This document shows positions 30,475 to 39,237 of a DNA stretch of 64,000 nucleotides, in pieces. The notes under the pieces were generated by a model, which saw only the letters and a program-made list of their open reading frames with translations, had not been told where the DNA came from and made no database searches. The position numbers and the translations under genes were made by a program. Within the stretch, counting starts at the first letter, position 1. Each line of letters starts with the position of its first letter. The DNA is taken from NCBI GenBank assembly GCA_037441675.1, contig JBBIRS010000002.1, forward strand, positions 306,894 to 370,893. Direction: 5' to 3'. The stretch comes from Planctomycetales bacterium (GTDB lineage Bacteria; 4484-113).

Positions 30475-31648
30475 CTAAGACACGCTTGACCTTGGAGAAT
30501 ATGAGCCTTCCAGCTATAGTCTGCATTATAGAGGTGACGTCAACTTCGCAGATGCTTCCAATATAGTCCTCGCCTGATTCAACCACAACCATAGTTCCAT
30601 CCTCTAAATAGCCCACTCCCTGTCCAGACTCTTTTCCAGGTTTAACGATTGAGACATTCAGAGTTTCCCCCGGGATAAGCATAGGTTTTACCGCGTTAGC
30701 CAATTCATTAATGTTAAGAACAGGAACCTTTCTAATCGCAGCAACTCGGTTAAGGTTATAATCATTGGTGATAACTTCTGCTCCTAGCTCCGAGGCTATT
30801 TCGATTAAAACATCGTCAACTGACATTCTAGTTGTATCCAAATGAGAATCGTCATAGAAATGCACCGGATTTGGAACTGATGCTTCCAAGTTCTTCAGTA
30901 TCTCCAACCCGCGCCTACCTTTGTTCCTTTTAAGCTGGTCAGAAGAATCGGCAACTAATTGTAATTCGTGAACGACTGACTTAGGAACGATTAACAAACC
31001 TGGAATAAAGCCGGTCTTGAGGATTTCCACAATTCTGCCATCTATAAGAACCGAAGTATCAAGTATTCTAGGCTTTTGCTCAATTTCATACTTTGCTAAA
31101 ATACTTTCCCTTCCAGTTGGGGGGAAAAAGACTACAGTAGCCAAAAAGCCTCCCGCATACCCAAAGGTGATTAAAACTAGAGTGTGAAGTATTGACATAA
31201 CGAACGGATGAGAGAAAATGCTTCCAGGCAGATTAGTCAAATAGTAGAAGAGTGGAACATTGATAATAAGAGCTGAAAGTAAGATTCCAGCAAATACCCC
31301 TTGGGCTGTGATGATGAACCTTTGCCTGGAAGTGCGTTTTGCGACTGAAGCTAAGAACGTCGTTAGCCTGATTAACAAAAAGTCTACCGCTGGAGTAAAA
31401 ATGTAACCTATAAAGAAGCCTGATGCTAGGATAACATTTACATAAAAGTGAAGAAGTTTCCAGGATTGTTCCAGCTCTTCAACTTCTTGTACGCGAAACT
31501 GAGCTGGAATAAACTTTGCCAGTTCGGCTATGTTCTTTTGCAACTCGGAAAAAAGATTAGAGTAGTTCAGGTAAATGAAGGAACTGACGATAAAACCCAC
31601 AAGCCCTCCTATGAGGGTAGAAAGCACTCTTGCAACAAAACCTCTCAT
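30449..31648 (-). CDS. PIN/TRAM domain membrane protein (YacL-like)
   Basis: TM region; ILDTSVLIDGR, TNDYNLN and GVGYLEDGTMVVVE motifs; directly upstream of ispD; likely start is the ATG at 31648. Confidence 0.9.
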   Translation of the reverse strand: MRGFVARVLSTLIGGLVGFIVSSFIYLNYSNLFSELQKNIAELAKFIPAQFRVQEVEELEQSWKLLHFYVNVILASGFFIGYIFTPAVDFLLIRLTTFLASVAKRTSRQRFIITAQGVFAGILLSALIINVPLFYYLTNLPGSIFSHPFVMSILHTLVLITFGYAGGFLATVVFFPPTGRESILAKYEIEQKPRILDTSVLIDGRIVEILKTGFIPGLLIVPKSVVHELQLVADSSDQLKRNKGRRGLEILKNLEASVPNPVHFYDDSHLDTTRMSVDDVLIEIASELGAEVITNDYNLNRVAAIRKVPVLNINELANAVKPMLIPGETLNVSIVKPGKESGQGVGYLEDGTMVVVESGEDYIGSICEVDVTSIMQTIAGRLIFSKVKRVLGGNEKDVG

Positions 31649-31724
31649 ATCCTGCGAAAAGTATAGTCTAACAGCTAAATAATTACTAGCATCAGTGTTT
31701 AGGTATAATTTGGGATGATTCAAA

Positions 31725-32723
31725 ATGAGGCATTTAAGGCGACCAAACTATCCTGGGCGAAATAAAAGCTTCAAATCTCTCTTTGCTATCGCAATAGTAG
31801 TTATGTCAATAGTTGCTTTGATAGCCCTCGTGTATCTTGGTAAAGCTGTTTCAGGACTATTTGCAACAGCGCCTTATAAAACTGTTGTTGTCCCAAACCT
31901 TTATAATGTAGACGTTGATACCGCTAACACAATACTAGCCCAACTGAACTTGGGATTAAGGGTAAAAGATAGCGCATTTGCTGAAAATGTTCCTGCGGGA
32001 AAAATCATATGGCAATTTCCTTCTGCGGATAGTAAAGTTAAAGAAGGGAGAATCATTCAAGTAGTGAAAAGTTTGGGTTCGACTAATTTAATAGTTCCGA
32101 AGGTAGTAGGGTCTGATCTCAAAGAAGCACAATTGAAGATAAAACAAGCTAAATTTTCAGTGGGTGAAATCCGTAAAGTTTACAGTGAAGAATATCCAAG
32201 GGGGAATGTCATTTCACAAACCCCTGAACCGCTTAAAACTTATCCTACGCCGGTTAAGGTTGACATTGTCGTTGCGGATAATAGACCAACAGAAACTCTT
32301 TCTATGCCTAATCTCGTGGGCAAGAGTTTAACACGAGCGGAAGATGAGTTATTCACGCTTAACTTGCAGTTGGCTAAAGTAACTTATGTAAACTCGGATT
32401 CAAGCCAAATGAGTATTGTGATAGGTCAAAAACCACCTGCTCAAGATCAAGTACGCCTGGGTTCACAGGTCTTTCTTGAGGTGGGATTAGGTGAAGAAGA
32501 TACGGAGAAGCTGGGGAGTACTTTTATAGTTAAGTATCGTCACCCAGTTGCTTTACCCGCTGGAGAACTAGTAATTGAAGTTGAAGACGCACACGGTAAG
32601 AGCCAAGTGTTGAAAGAGAATGTCCTTCCTGGCGCTTTAGTTGAACAGAGTATAAGCGCCACTGGTAAGGCTTTCTTGAGGATCTATCTGAACGGAAAAC
32701 TTATAAGGGAGGAAAGAGTCTGA
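31725..32723 (+). CDS. PASTA domain protein (three PASTA repeats, TM anchor)
   Basis: VPNL/VPKV/MPNL repeats with G.II.Q.P motifs. Confidence 0.88.
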   Translation: MRHLRRPNYPGRNKSFKSLFAIAIVVMSIVALIALVYLGKAVSGLFATAPYKTVVVPNLYNVDVDTANTILAQLNLGLRVKDSAFAENVPAGKIIWQFPSADSKVKEGRIIQVVKSLGSTNLIVPKVVGSDLKEAQLKIKQAKFSVGEIRKVYSEEYPRGNVISQTPEPLKTYPTPVKVDIVVADNRPTETLSMPNLVGKSLTRAEDELFTLNLQLAKVTYVNSDSSQMSIVIGQKPPAQDQVRLGSQVFLEVGLGEEDTEKLGSTFIVKYRHPVALPAGELVIEVEDAHGKSQVLKENVLPGALVEQSISATGKAFLRIYLNGKLIREERV

Positions 32724-33382
32724 AACTATCTCCAAGTATACTTGCTGCTAACTTTGCGGACATGCCATCAGTTTTAAAGCTCATTGAGGCGGCGAAGTGC
32801 GAGTACATTCACTTTGATGTGATGGACGGACACTTTGTGCCTAACCTTACCTTTGGGCCACACTTTATTTCGCTCGTGAGAAGGATGACTGATATACCAT
32901 TTGATGTACACCTGATGGTAGAACGTCCGCAGGATTATGTTGATAAAATGTTAGAAATAGGTGTTCAATTGCTCACATTCCATATTGAAACTGAATTACA
33001 CTCGCCAAGGCTTATCAAGAAGTTGCAAGATGCAGGCATTTTAGCGAGCGTGTCCCTCAATCCTGCCACTCCGCTCACCAGTATAGAAGAGATACTGCCT
33101 GTCGTAGATAATGTCCTTTTAATGACAGTAGATCCAGGTTTTTATGGTCAGGAATTACTAACAACAACTCTTCATAAGATTGAAAAGTTACGAGGTTATC
33201 GCGAAGAGCACGATCTGATGTTTACCATTCAGGTTGATGGGGGAATTGATGAATCAAATGTAATGATGCTGGAATCACTTGGTGTAGATATTGTTGTAGT
33301 GGGAAAGGGATTCTTTCAGGCTGGGGACCCAATTCAATTCGCTGCTCGTGTTCATGGAAGCAAGAGAAGGTTCCATGCATAA
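32720..33382 (+). CDS. rpe: Ribulose-phosphate 3-epimerase (probable CTG start)
   Basis: HFDVMDGHFVPNLTFG, DVHLMV and QVDGGI motifs; the conserved N-terminal LSPSILAANF lies upstream of ATG 32762, in frame with CTG 32720 after AGGGAGG. Confidence 0.93.
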   Translation: MKLSPSILAANFADMPSVLKLIEAAKCEYIHFDVMDGHFVPNLTFGPHFISLVRRMTDIPFDVHLMVERPQDYVDKMLEIGVQLLTFHIETELHSPRLIKKLQDAGILASVSLNPATPLTSIEEILPVVDNVLLMTVDPGFYGQELLTTTLHKIEKLRGYREEHDLMFTIQVDGGIDESNVMMLESLGVDIVVVGKGFFQAGDPIQFAARVHGSKRRFHA

Positions 33383-33489
33383 ATGAGTTGCGGTGTGCAA
33401 CATTACTTCCGCTTAACGCATGGAGATGTCCCCTTTGAAATGGGTAGATGTCCTAGATACCGAACTTAGAATAAGCATAGGAAGTAGCT

Positions 33490-34194
33490 TTACTCAAGCT
33501 CTATCCTGCGATGGAAGTAGATTAGTAAACCGGCAAGAATTAATGGAGAACCAATAAGTAAAGCTAGCCAAAAGGCTCCACCTAGTTCCTGCCAACGGTC
33601 AAATATAGTGACGAAATAACCTGTTCCGACCAAGGCGAGAAGACCGCCGCCTAACTTCCCAACATAAACCGAAGCAAAACATAGAACAATCACCAAGATT
33701 GAAATAACAAACTCAGGGGTGATGCCGTTGCGGGCTATGCCTACCAGAGATGCAATTAAAAGTATAAGTCCAACAACAAAACCTAAGAATAAACCAACAG
33801 TTTTTCCACCGTAGGAAAGGCTTAAGGTTGACAAAAACTTGTAAAGCAAGGGGGCGATAAAAAGTAACAGGAAGATTACATCTGTTTCGGGAAACTCTCC
33901 CTTATTTTTGACCAGTAAATTCACAAGACGGGCAGTGATAATGAGCAACATTAGATAAAAAGCTATGTAACTTCCCTGGTAAGCGACATATTCAATTTTG
34001 GCATCACCGTCACCCACCAATCCAGTTTCCCTAGCTATTGGAGTTAGAATGAGAGGCAGAAAAAGCAGTATGAACCAATAACCACTTACACTGAATCCAA
34101 GAATGATTGCGAGAATGGAAATTATCAACATAACCCAGTGGTAGGTCGTAAGATGCTTTAACTGGCTTGTAGCTCTTTCCCTTAATATTCCCAT
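33490..34194 (-). CDS. Hypothetical polytopic membrane protein
   Basis: About 8 hydrophobic segments; AGGAG SD. Confidence 0.7.
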   Translation of the reverse strand: MGILRERATSQLKHLTTYHWVMLIISILAIILGFSVSGYWFILLFLPLILTPIARETGLVGDGDAKIEYVAYQGSYIAFYLMLLIITARLVNLLVKNKGEFPETDVIFLLLFIAPLLYKFLSTLSLSYGGKTVGLFLGFVVGLILLIASLVGIARNGITPEFVISILVIVLCFASVYVGKLGGGLLALVGTGYFVTIFDRWQELGGAFWLALLIGSPLILAGLLIYFHRRIELE

Positions 34195-34477
34195 ATTTTT
34201 CTCCTTTATAAAAGTTTTTTACAGCGCACCTAAATGGGATATAAATAAATCCCTTATTCCCCTTTAACAATTATGAAATCAAACGATTTAATCCTAGCTT
34301 CGCTCTTGCCCAAAGCAACCGGAAGCATTGAAAATCTCCTCTCACATGTTGGATATGGATTGAATCTTTATCAACGGGTATGCACGAAGCCATATAACAG
34401 TAATTCGAAGAGATAAAAATAGGTTGTGTTTTTAGGCCTCCCAATAAATATTCCTTCAACACCACATATATATTTTA

Positions 34478-35527
34478 TTATATGAAAATAAATGTGAAAC
34501 CGTAAAAGTGCAAATCCTGCATCAACTTTCCTCCCTTTCCAATAATCTTTCTAAGCATATCCTTTACCTCCGAATATTTTATAATGAGCCCACCAAGGGA
34601 CAATCTGACGCCAAAAGAACGGTTACCATTCCAATTGCCGATACCTATTTCAAGAAAGCCCGCAGGACTAATGTTTATCGAAAAGGATTTCTCACTACGA
34701 ACATCTTTGTCAAGTTTACCTGCTGAAGGATTTCCTGCACTGAAGAGAGTGCGGCTTACTTCTACTGCGCTTGAAAGCCAGCGAACCGGAAAGAGCCTTA
34801 TACCCAAACGAATCTGTTTCCTCTTTGATGGTTCCGTAAAACCAGATGGATGAATGAGTTTAACAACTTCAGTTTTGAGGCTTGAGAAAGAAGCTCTTAT
34901 TGAAGGGACACCAGCAAGAATACCCCAGCATTCTGTTTGACCTTCTTTAGTCCATCGTGAATAGAAGGGCTGTGGTTGGGAGATGGGGTAACGAGTTCCA
35001 GATTGCGAGCGCCCTAGGGAAACATAGTATCGGTAATAAAATCGCCTCAGGGAAGCGCCCAAGCTTAAGGGAAATCCTCCTAATGCATAGCTAACAAGCG
35101 TATCTGAACCCTCAAGTTTTTCCGGTGGGAAACCGAACCTTCCCTCTGGATGATTGGTGTAATCATAGCCTAGCTCATCTTTGAGTGAAAATGCGTATCC
35201 AAATCTTCCAATTGGTAGCGGAAGTATGATGCTCTCTATGTCGCTGTCTAGTTGATCCATTTCAGGGTCATACATACTTTCCTTCGGAAAATGCCTAGCG
35301 GAGTGTGAATGGGAGAAAATTGGAAGAAACGATTTGGAAATAGAAGCAGGGTTAGCAATAAATGATCTTGGGCTTTCTGGGAGAGTGCTTTCAGTTCCAG
35401 AGGATGCCAGGTAATCTACATTCAAATAGATGAAATCCTCATACTCAGAGGCGCAAAGAGTTGTAGGTAACCCTAGGATAATAAGCGCATTTAGCAATAA
35501 GAGAGCAAACGATAACAACGTCTTCAT
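34478..35527 (-). CDS. Hypothetical exported protein, possibly a beta-barrel
   Basis: Signal peptide; beta-rich C-terminus ending FYGFTFIFI. Confidence 0.6.
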   Translation of the reverse strand: MKTLLSFALLLLNALIILGLPTTLCASEYEDFIYLNVDYLASSGTESTLPESPRSFIANPASISKSFLPIFSHSHSARHFPKESMYDPEMDQLDSDIESIILPLPIGRFGYAFSLKDELGYDYTNHPEGRFGFPPEKLEGSDTLVSYALGGFPLSLGASLRRFYYRYYVSLGRSQSGTRYPISQPQPFYSRWTKEGQTECWGILAGVPSIRASFSSLKTEVVKLIHPSGFTEPSKRKQIRLGIRLFPVRWLSSAVEVSRTLFSAGNPSAGKLDKDVRSEKSFSINISPAGFLEIGIGNWNGNRSFGVRLSLGGLIIKYSEVKDMLRKIIGKGGKLMQDLHFYGFTFIFI

Positions 35528-35545
35528 AGATTTATCGTCACGGAA

Positions 35546-36316
35546 CTACAACATTTCTTTGTAAAGTTTTACAAATGCCATAGCGTCAAGGCTTGCCCCG
35601 CCAACAAGCGCACCTTGCACTTTTCCGCTCCTTAAGTAGTCCGCGAGTATCCCTGGGCGAACGGAACCACCGTAAAGAATTGGAATTTCTGAGCTGAATG
35701 TCTCGCCAAAATGATTAGCTAACCAATCCCTAATGAAATCAGCCATTTTGTCCACATCATGGGGCTCTGCATTATCACCGGTTCCAATCGCCCATACTGG
35801 TTCATAAGCGATAACTAGGTTGGACGAGTTCACTTGCTCAGCGTTAAAAAGCGGTAGTGCCAATTGATCCTCTACAACCGAGTAAGAGAGCCCTTCTTTT
35901 CTTTCCTCTAGGCTTTCCCCGACACACAAAAATGCGGTGAGGCCACCTTTTATAACAGCCTTGAACTTCTCTGCAACCAATGCGTTATCTTCACCAAATT
36001 TATGCCTTCTCTCTGAGTGTCCAATAAGAACTGCCTTTGCACCCACATCTTTAATCTGCGTGACACTTACCTCTCCGGTAAAAGCGCCTTCCGCTACTGT
36101 GTAGCAGTCCTGCGCGCCAAAGCTAATCGCAGTCTCCTTACCCTTTAGTACTAACGGAACAAGATGTACAAAGGTAGGAAAGATGACTGTCTCCACGGTG
36201 TTACTCTCGGGCTTCTTTAATTCCGGTAATTCTGAGAGCAAGCGGTCAATAAACTGTTCCGCTTCAGCAAGACTCTTATTCATCTTCCAGTTTGCTGCTA
36301 GTATCTTACGAAACAT
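35546..36316 (-). CDS. tpiA: Triosephosphate isomerase
   Basis: ANWKMN, GHSERR, AYEPVWAIGTG, YGGSV and LVGGASL motifs. Confidence 0.98.
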   Translation of the reverse strand: MFRKILAANWKMNKSLAEAEQFIDRLLSELPELKKPESNTVETVIFPTFVHLVPLVLKGKETAISFGAQDCYTVAEGAFTGEVSVTQIKDVGAKAVLIGHSERRHKFGEDNALVAEKFKAVIKGGLTAFLCVGESLEERKEGLSYSVVEDQLALPLFNAEQVNSSNLVIAYEPVWAIGTGDNAEPHDVDKMADFIRDWLANHFGETFSSEIPILYGGSVRPGILADYLRSGKVQGALVGGASLDAMAFVKLYKEML

Positions 36317-36369
36317 TTCCTTCTCTTAATCGTAAAATTTGTGGAAAATTGCATTTTGAAAAAACTGGA

Positions 36370-36792
36370 CTATTCAAAGTAATTATTAGCTGAAATGACA
36401 ATTTTCGCCTCAATTAACCATCTGCTCTCACCAAGATATTTCGCAATAATTAAGTTACTGCGAATATCATTAAGAATAGCTGAACTATTTTCTTTAGGTT
36501 TCAGTTTACTAGCGTAAGATAGGTATGCATAACCTCGCTCACCAACAACGTAAACTTGAACCACCTCAAAATTCATTGAAAGAATCTCATAGCGTTCAAA
36601 TTCAGAGAGCATCTTTTCCCTAAGGGCAGATTTATCCTCTAGCCAACTAGCATCTCCTAACCTGAATGAGCAATACCAATCCGCAAATCCAGCTAGATAG
36701 CCGTGGATATCACGACGGAGGTATGCCTGGCGGATTGATTCCATATGGTTTATCAGGCTTTGCTCAAGGTCTATTTGAGATTTATTATTCAT
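36370..36792 (-). CDS. NTF2/SnoaL-like fold protein
   Basis: 140 aa; AYLRRDI...YL pattern and terminal W-containing strand typical of NTF2-like proteins. Confidence 0.55.
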   Translation of the reverse strand: MNNKSQIDLEQSLINHMESIRQAYLRRDIHGYLAGFADWYCSFRLGDASWLEDKSALREKMLSEFERYEILSMNFEVVQVYVVGERGYAYLSYASKLKPKENSSAILNDIRSNLIIAKYLGESRWLIEAKIVISANNYFE

Positions 36793-36913
36793 AAATCATA
36801 TAACCGCAAATAAAGGCTAACCAAGATGGTTGCCACGTTCACAAATATAGCATAGTGAAAGCGAAATGAAAGCATACTTATAAGAAAATTCATCATTTGC
36901 TAGGATTAGTGCC

Positions 36914-37699
36914 GTGGGAAAAAACGAGCGGAGATTGCTGGAAGCTTATGTGGGTGAACACGGTTCAGGGAAAAGCGAGATTGCTTTGTCGCGTGCCCTC
37001 TGGTTGGCGCGCGATGGGCTTGAGGTGGCACTTGCTGATTTAGATATTGTTGAGCCGTGTTACACACTGAATTTACCTTTAACCAGGGCTCTTCAAGCGG
37101 TCCCAGGCTTAACACTGCTCACAAACGCTTCTGAGCGCCTTTTCCCGGGAGAAACAGGGAACATCCTTGCCCCTGCCGTTCGTTTTGCAACTAAAAAACA
37201 TCAAAATGTTATTCTTGATGTGGGATACGGGGTGGACGGCTTTAAGGTCTTGCAACTCTTGGAAGGGTATGAGGAAGAGAAGGCTGAGCTAAAGATTTAC
37301 TTTGTACAGAATTTTTCCCGTCCAGCTACAGGCTCTTTGGAAAGCGCTTTAGATTACCTGAAGACCTATGAGAAGTTAGACGGAATTGTTAGTAATACTC
37401 ACTTGGGAGATAAATCTACTCTAGAATTATCAATAGAAGGAGAAGCTCTCGCACTGGAACTTGGCAAGTTATCAGACTTACCTGTGATTGCCACCGCTTT
37501 GTGGAGGGCAATTGCGGACCAAGCATTGGTCAGTCAAGAGCCAATATCCGCACCACAAGAGGCAGAGATAAGTTTAGAGAAGGCTTTCTCGGAGATTGAA
37601 ATGAACCAGGAAAATATCAGTTCAGCCTTACGCCAGAAATTCAAAACACCACTCTGGTTAATTTCACGTTTAATGCCAAGCGGTTTCTGGCTTAAGTAA
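36914..37699 (+). CDS. P-loop NTP-binding protein (MinD/CbiA-like)
   Basis: GEHGSGKSE, ADLDIVEP, ILDVG and SNTHL motifs. Confidence 0.75.
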   Translation: MGKNERRLLEAYVGEHGSGKSEIALSRALWLARDGLEVALADLDIVEPCYTLNLPLTRALQAVPGLTLLTNASERLFPGETGNILAPAVRFATKKHQNVILDVGYGVDGFKVLQLLEGYEEEKAELKIYFVQNFSRPATGSLESALDYLKTYEKLDGIVSNTHLGDKSTLELSIEGEALALELGKLSDLPVIATALWRAIADQALVSQEPISAPQEAEISLEKAFSEIEMNQENISSALRQKFKTPLWLISRLMPSGFWLK

Positions 37700-37806
37700 G
37701 TTTCCTAACCCTGTAGCTTTCAAGTTTATTTGGAAATTGAAAACTAGAAGGAATGGGTGTTATATAGGTAGGAAACTTTAGCAATTACCTGCTAAAATTG
37801 GAACAG

Positions 37807-38280
37807 GTGCTAGAAGAAAAAAAGTGTGACGAAAGTGCTCAAATGGGCTTAGCTTCTGAGGTTAATAATACTTTCGGGCGGCGAAGCCACAATGCCGATT
37901 CTGAAGACATAGGGACTGAAGCGATAGCTGAGCCATCCATCCCAAGAGGCAAATTCGCCAACTCCTCTGCGAACACAGAAGAGTTAAAGGCTCTTGTGCT
38001 TGAAGAAGCGGAATACCTTGGTGTGTTATCCAAGAGAATCGAGGAACTGATAGATTCTCAACAAAAGCTGGCGAAAAAAATTGAGCTTAACGCTAGAACC
38101 CTTGGGGTTTTACCCAGTCTAGCGCGAGGAATGGCGCTAGGCTTTGGTATCGTAATTGGGTCAACAGTAATTGTTGGCCTTTTTGTTTATCTGCTTACCC
38201 GAGCGGAGACAATTCCCATCGTTGGGGATTTCGTCAAGAGAATTATTGATTACATCCAACTAGAGCAGTTGTCCAAGTAA
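37807..38280 (+). CDS. Membrane protein with DUF5665-like C-terminus
   Basis: RGMALGFGIVIGSTV...IPIVGDFV; GTG 37807 lies 8 nt after TAAAAT. Confidence 0.6.
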   Translation: MLEEKKCDESAQMGLASEVNNTFGRRSHNADSEDIGTEAIAEPSIPRGKFANSSANTEELKALVLEEAEYLGVLSKRIEELIDSQQKLAKKIELNARTLGVLPSLARGMALGFGIVIGSTVIVGLFVYLLTRAETIPIVGDFVKRIIDYIQLEQLSK

Positions 38281-38282
38281 GA

Positions 38283-38906
38283 ATGCCAACACGGATTGCT
38301 TTCCTTCGTCATGGAGAAACAGAGAAGAATAAACTTGGGTTGATGCAGGGGGATTCACCGGAGCCGTTAACTGAGATTGGACGTGAACAAGCGAGGCTTG
38401 CCGGGAGAGCGATGGATTCGTATCAACCGATTAAGCTTTACACTTCTCCCGCAGTCCGTTCACAAGAAACAGCGCAAATCATCGCGGATTTGCTTGGCAT
38501 CCCGTTTGAAGTGAGCTCTCTCCTGCGCGAGCAGAGCCTTGGAAGGTGGGAGGGAAAAAGCTGGAAGATGATTGAAAAGGAAGATCCCGAAACCGCAAGG
38601 AGAAGAGATACGGAAGGTTGGTGGTTTTGTCCGCCGGGCGGTGAGCCGAGGCTTAGAGTGAGGCATAGGATGTTGAACTTCTGTAAGCAGATGGAAGAGA
38701 GGCATCAAAATCAGACGGTTATCGCTGTCTCCCATGCTTGTGCGCTTTATTTTCTTCTACTCGTTGTTCTTGGGTTAGAACCAATTGGTAGACAACCGAT
38801 AAGAACCGACAACGGAGCGTTTTCGGTAATTGAAGCTAGCGAGGGTAAGCTCACTTGCCTTTCGCTTAATGAGCGAGCGCACCTAGAGGACTTGATGAAG
38901 GATTAA
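38283..38906 (+). CDS. Histidine phosphatase family protein
   Basis: RHGET, TSPAVRS, LREQ, GGE and VSH motifs. Confidence 0.92.
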   Translation: MPTRIAFLRHGETEKNKLGLMQGDSPEPLTEIGREQARLAGRAMDSYQPIKLYTSPAVRSQETAQIIADLLGIPFEVSSLLREQSLGRWEGKSWKMIEKEDPETARRRDTEGWWFCPPGGEPRLRVRHRMLNFCKQMEERHQNQTVIAVSHACALYFLLLVVLGLEPIGRQPIRTDNGAFSVIEASEGKLTCLSLNERAHLEDLMKD

Positions 38907-39237
38907 AATTGCAGATAGAATACTTGCCTTCACAATTGATATGTTGGATGTTTCTTCAAAAATTTCGATTCTTATCATTTCAAACATTTCACAAAATCAA
39001 AACGTGGCTCTAACCCACGTGATTAGACAAGCTGTGGGGGCATCCACCGGTTGTAGATGACGATGGAAACGCGTTCATCTCCTCTGAATGGCATTGCAGG
39101 TTCGTGAGGATAACGAAGAAGGTAAGGGAATTCATTTTATCCTAGAATAACGGTAAACTAGAAGAGGCACCATCGCAGTTTTGGATGTATTTTTGCGTGA
39201 GCCTTATCTTTGCTAAAGAAAATGAAAGAATTGCGAT

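Noticed and set aside
38907..39237. ncRNA or upstream SWIM-domain fragment before the SNF2 gene
   Set aside because: No convincing structure or CxC...CxH motif could be assembled from the sequence.
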